A stretch of DNA of 64,000 nt. Origin: an uncultured Bacteroidales bacterium. GTDB taxonomy: Bacteria > Bacteroidota > Bacteroidia > Bacteroidales > UBA932. Shown here in pieces: positions 60,066-64,000 of the stretch; within the stretch, counting starts at the first letter, position 1; each line of letters begins with the position of its first letter. The stretch covers positions 18,444-82,443 of the forward strand of contig CALUUA010000002.1 of the NCBI GenBank assembly GCA_944323845.1, given 5' to 3'. The translations under genes and the position numbers were made by a program. The notes beneath the pieces are model-generated. The model did not search any database. It was not told the origin of the DNA and worked only from the letters and a program-made list of their open reading frames with translations.

Positions 60066-63000
60066 ATGCAAAGTAAAGGTGCTATCAGATTCGTGGCAAT
60101 ACTCCTTGCCCTGGCCTGCATCTGGCAGCTTATGTTCACGGTAGTGACCAAGATTCACGAGAACAAGGCTGTGAAATATGCAGAAAATGCTGCCGAGGCA
60201 TTCATGGCAAGCCCTGCTTACGAAAAGATTCCGGATGTAGACAAGGCATATGTGCTTGACTCCATCAAAAAAGACCAGAACAGATGGTATCTGGATTCCA
60301 TCTCTTCGCAGAAAGTGTATTTCGGCTATACTTTCGATGACGTGAGGGAAAAGGAAATAAACCTGGGTCTGGACCTCAAGGGAGGTATGAACGTCATGCT
60401 CCAGGTACAGGTGGAAGATGTGGTACAGGCTCTGGCTGAAAACAATACCGATCCGGCTTATGTGAAGGCTTTCGAAACGGCCCTGCAGCGCAGCCAGACT
60501 TCAGGTACGGATTTCATAACCCTTTTCAACGAGGCCTGGGAGGAAAATTCGAACGGACAGAGGCTGTCAAATATCTTCATCGGTCTGGACAGGAAGAACA
60601 AGACCGAGAACAAGAAGCTCGAATCGACCGATGCCGAAATAATCTCCCTCATCCGCAAGGAAGCGGAAAGCGCCATAGCGAACTCATTCGAAGTGCTCAG
60701 GAACAGGGTGGACCGTTTCGGCGTGACCCAGCCTAACATCCAGAAGGTGGGCAATACCGGACGAATCCTCGTGGAACTTCCGGGAGTAAAGGAGCCTGAG
60801 CGTGTCAGGAAGCTCCTTCAGGGAACAGCTTCCCTCGAATTCTGGACTACCTACGAGACTTCGGAAATCTTCCAGTATATGACTGAAGCCAACAGTCTGG
60901 TGGCACAGTTGAATGCTGAAAACGACACTGAAAACGAAACTGCAGCTCCTGCCGATGCAGCCGCAAGCGAAGACGCTTCGGACATTCTGGCGGAGGAGCT
61001 CGAGGCTCAGTCGGCAGAATCAGCCGATCTGGCTGCATACGAGAAACAGAATCCTCTGTTCTCCATCCTCATGCCTCCGGTAGATCAGGCCGGAAGCATA
61101 ATGAGGGGCGCCACTATGGGATATGCGCATTTCAGCGATACCTCTAAAGTGAACAGAATCCTCAACATGCCGGAGGTGAAGGCTCTCTTCCCTGAAGACC
61201 TCATACCTATGTGGTCAGTCAAGCCTTACGCCAACAATCAGTACGAACTCGTGGCTATCAAGGCATCCCTGAACGGGGAAGCTGCCCTTCGCGGCGAGAG
61301 GGATCAGAAGTTCATCACCGACGCACGCGTCCAGTATAACGGCGCCAGTCCTGAAGTGTCCATGTCGATGAGCGCGGAGGCCGCCAAAGTGTGGGCAAGG
61401 CTGACAAAGGACAATATCAACAGGCAGATAGCCATCGTTCTCGACCAAATGGTCTACTCCCACCCTGTAGTCAACACTGAAATCACAGGCGGAAACTCGC
61501 AGATCAGCGGAAACTTCACCCTCGAAGAAGCTGAAGACCTCGTGAACGTGCTGAAGTCAGGTACTCTTCCTGCTCCTGCCAAGATCGTACAGGAACAGGT
61601 GGTGGGACCTTCCCTCGGTGCCGAATCCATCAATGCAGGTTTCATTTCGTTCATCATAGCCTTCCTGCTGGTGCTCGCCTACATGGTATTCTTCTACCAC
61701 GGTGCAGGTCTGATCGCGGATGCCGCCCTTCTGACGAATGTGCTCCTGCTTTTCGGAACGCTGGTATCGTTCTCGGCCGTATTGACCCTGCCGGGTATAG
61801 CAGGTCTCGTCCTGACTCTGGGTATGGCCGTCGATGCGAACGTGATCATCTATGAGCGTATCAAGGAGGAGTTGCGTTCAGGCAAAGGCCTGGGCAAGGC
61901 CGTATCCGACGGTTATTCCAATGCATATTCAGCCATCATCGACGGACAGATCACCACTATTCTGACCGGTATAGTGCTGTTCATCTTCGGTTCCGGTCCG
62001 GTACAGGGCTTCGCTACCACGCTGATCATCGGTATCGTCACTTCTGTCTTCACGTCCATCTTCATCTCACGTATCATCATAGATGACAGACTGGCCAAAG
62101 GCAAGAATATTACCTTCGACAACAAGCTGACGAGGAACTTCCTCCAGAACACTACCGTAAACTTCCTCAGCAAGCGGAAATACACCTATGTAATTTCATC
62201 CGTAGTCATCATCATCTGCATCGTGTCGATGTTTACCAAAGGCTTTACATACGGTGTCGACTTCGCCGGCGGACGTACTTTCGTGGTGAGGTTCGACCAG
62301 CCTGTATCGGTGGAAGATGTCAGGGCATCCCTCGTGAAGGAATTCAACGGCGGTGTGGAAGCCAAGCAGTTCGGTGGTGAGAGCCAGATGAAGATAACCA
62401 CCCAGTATATGATCGAGGACAAGTCTTCCGAGGCCGATGCGGCTGTAGAGGAGAAGCTCTTCAACGCAGTCAAGGGATTCTATGCCGGGGAAATGAATCT
62501 GGATCTGTTCACTTCCACCGCAGTGAACCCTAACGGTATCATCAGTTCCGACAAGGTGGATGCATCCATCGCCGATGACATGAAACGTGATGCCATCATA
62601 GCCGTGGTCATCGCCCTTCTGGTCATCTTCATATACATCGCACTCAGGTTCAAGAAGTGGACATGGGGTCTGGGAGGAACTCTCGGACTGGCGCATACGG
62701 CCATCATCGTGGTCGGATTCTTCTCCATCTTCTCCGGAATCCTGCCGTTCAGCCTTGATGTCGACCAGACATTCATCGCTGCGGTGCTGACCATCATCGG
62801 TTATGCAATCAACGATACAGTGGTGATTTTCGACCGTATCCGCGAATACAAGAACCTGCATCCTAAGATGCCGCTCGACGTGAACGCCAATCAGGCATTG
62901 AACAGTACCCTGTCACGTACCATGAACACCAGCCTCACGACCCTGATAGTGATGATAGCCATCGCCATCTTCGGAGGTGAAGTGATCAGGGGTATGGCAG

Positions 63001-63128
63001 TGGCCCTGTGTGTCGGTATCGCTGTAGGTACCTATGCTTCCATCTTCATCGCCACCCCTATCATGTACGATGTCACCATGGCTGTACAGAAACGGGCTGA
63101 AAAGAAGCTGGCTGCAGGCAAGAAATAA
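60066..63128 (+). CDS. secDF: Fused protein translocase subunit SecDF
   Basis: NLGLDLKGG, RNRVDRFGVTQPNIQ, IAIVLD, VGPSLG, LTLPGIAG...GMAVDANVIIYERIKEE, GVDFAGG, GYAINDTVVIFDRIRE. Confidence 0.97.
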   Translation: MQSKGAIRFVAILLALACIWQLMFTVVTKIHENKAVKYAENAAEAFMASPAYEKIPDVDKAYVLDSIKKDQNRWYLDSISSQKVYFGYTFDDVREKEINLGLDLKGGMNVMLQVQVEDVVQALAENNTDPAYVKAFETALQRSQTSGTDFITLFNEAWEENSNGQRLSNIFIGLDRKNKTENKKLESTDAEIISLIRKEAESAIANSFEVLRNRVDRFGVTQPNIQKVGNTGRILVELPGVKEPERVRKLLQGTASLEFWTTYETSEIFQYMTEANSLVAQLNAENDTENETAAPADAAASEDASDILAEELEAQSAESADLAAYEKQNPLFSILMPPVDQAGSIMRGATMGYAHFSDTSKVNRILNMPEVKALFPEDLIPMWSVKPYANNQYELVAIKASLNGEAALRGERDQKFITDARVQYNGASPEVSMSMSAEAAKVWARLTKDNINRQIAIVLDQMVYSHPVVNTEITGGNSQISGNFTLEEAEDLVNVLKSGTLPAPAKIVQEQVVGPSLGAESINAGFISFIIAFLLVLAYMVFFYHGAGLIADAALLTNVLLLFGTLVSFSAVLTLPGIAGLVLTLGMAVDANVIIYERIKEELRSGKGLGKAVSDGYSNAYSAIIDGQITTILTGIVLFIFGSGPVQGFATTLIIGIVTSVFTSIFISRIIIDDRLAKGKNITFDNKLTRNFLQNTTVNFLSKRKYTYVISSVVIIICIVSMFTKGFTYGVDFAGGRTFVVRFDQPVSVEDVRASLVKEFNGGVEAKQFGGESQMKITTQYMIEDKSSEADAAVEEKLFNAVKGFYAGEMNLDLFTSTAVNPNGIISSDKVDASIADDMKRDAIIAVVIALLVIFIYIALRFKKWTWGLGGTLGLAHTAIIVVGFFSIFSGILPFSLDVDQTFIAAVLTIIGYAINDTVVIFDRIREYKNLHPKMPLDVNANQALNSTLSRTMNTSLTTLIVMIAIAIFGGEVIRGMAVALCVGIAVGTYASIFIATPIMYDVTMAVQKRAEKKLAAGKK

Positions 63129-63150
63129 TCCCGACGTCTATCCGGGAAAG

Positions 63151-63201
63151 ACAAGATGAAGAAGACTGGAAGGCCCTCCTTTCGGTCTTCTTCGTTTTTG
63201 T
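63151..63201 (+). terminator. Intrinsic terminator after secDF
   Basis: acaagatgaagaagactggaagg-ccct-cctttcggtcttcttcgtttttgt; stem with G-U pairs favouring the plus strand. Confidence 0.7.
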
Positions 63202-63277
63202 GGATAACTGTATCCTGCCGGAAATCCTCCTGACAGGAAATTTTCTTATCTTTGCCTTTCATCAAAATTCCCTGAAA

Positions 63278-64000
63278 ATGTCATTCGTCCACCTTCATGT
63301 CCATACGCAGTATTCCATCCTCGACGGCCTGTCTTCCATCGAGAAACTTTTCGGACGCGCCCGCGAACTGGGTATGCCCGGCATCGCCATCACGGATCAC
63401 GGAAACATGTTCGGCGTGAAGGAGTTCTTCAAGGTAGCTAAGAAATTCCCTGACATAAAGCCTATTATCGGCTGCGAAATCTACGTGTCCAAATACGACC
63501 ACACGATAAAGGACAAGGAGCATCGCGAGTACTATCACCTGATTCTTCTCGCCAAAAACTACAACGGATACAAGAATCTGATGAAGATCGTCTCCACAGG
63601 ACATATCGAAGGGATGTACTACGGCAAACCGAGGGTCTCCCACGAGATAGTGGAAAAATATGCTCAGGATCTGATATGCTGCTCCGCATGTATAGCCGGA
63701 GAGATTCCGAGAGCCCTTATAGCAGGGGATATGGAAGCGGCGGAAAAGGCTGTCGGCTGGCACAGGAAGGTTTTCGGAGATGATTATTATCTCGAAGTGC
63801 AGCTGCACCGGACCGAAGTGCCGGGTCTGTCTCTGGAAGTATATGACCGTCAGAGCATTGCAAATGCCGGTATATTCGAACTTGCCGCCAGGACAGGGAT
63901 CAAGGTAGTGGCGACGAACGACGTGCATTTCGTCGACAAGGAAGACGGACCGGTACACGACAGGCTCATCTGCCTGACTACGAACGCGAATGTCGATGAC
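63278..64000 (+). CDS. dnaE: DNA polymerase III alpha subunit (PHP domain; partial, runs off window end)
   Basis: Not in the ORF track. Manual translation MSFVHLHVHTQYSILDG...AITDHGNMFG...KPIIGCEIY...YHLILLAKNYNGYKNLMK...SACIAGEI...VATNDVHF; -7 box TATCTTTG at 63247-63254. Confidence 0.96.
   Translation, partial: MSFVHLHVHTQYSILDGLSSIEKLFGRARELGMPGIAITDHGNMFGVKEFFKVAKKFPDIKPIIGCEIYVSKYDHTIKDKEHREYYHLILLAKNYNGYKNLMKIVSTGHIEGMYYGKPRVSHEIVEKYAQDLICCSACIAGEIPRALIAGDMEAAEKAVGWHRKVFGDDYYLEVQLHRTEVPGLSLEVYDRQSIANAGIFELAARTGIKVVATNDVHFVDKEDGPVHDRLICLTTNANVDD

Overview
Chromosomal window from a Bacteroidales (Bacteroidota) genome. Evidence: SusC/SusD genes, lipoprotein signal peptides and TAnnTTTG -7 promoter boxes; a Rikenellaceae/Cryptobacteroides-like lineage is my inference. 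Four blocks: (1) 1-21112, a divergently transcribed glycan-utilisation cluster (GH5-like, two IPT/NHL lipoproteins, SGNH esterase | BACON-LamG-GDPD lipoprotein, ECF sigma/FecR, GH2, two tandem PA14-GH3, GH2, plus a convergent 802-aa unknown alpha/alpha-barrel-like protein) with no SusC/D pair inside the window; (2) 21416-38503, mostly housekeeping genes (SDR, envC, TPR, ECF sigma with a Dma-like dual-membrane anti-sigma, tsaE, comM, mlaE/F, ispE, sufD-sufC-pnuC-sufB, sdaA); (3) 38863-57558, a 10-gene SusC/SusD operon with no recognisable CAZyme, encoding two plant-type LRR lipoproteins, a surface S8 subtilase, a lipocalin and large acidic lipoproteins - the best candidate here for a functionally uncharacterised protein/peptide-capture system; (4) tRNA-Ser(GCT) with a 19-bp 3'-end duplication, a PD40/SPOR protein, secDF and the start of dnaE. 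No CRISPR array, integrase, transposase or prophage gene was recognised. All family assignments come from motif recognition, not database searches.
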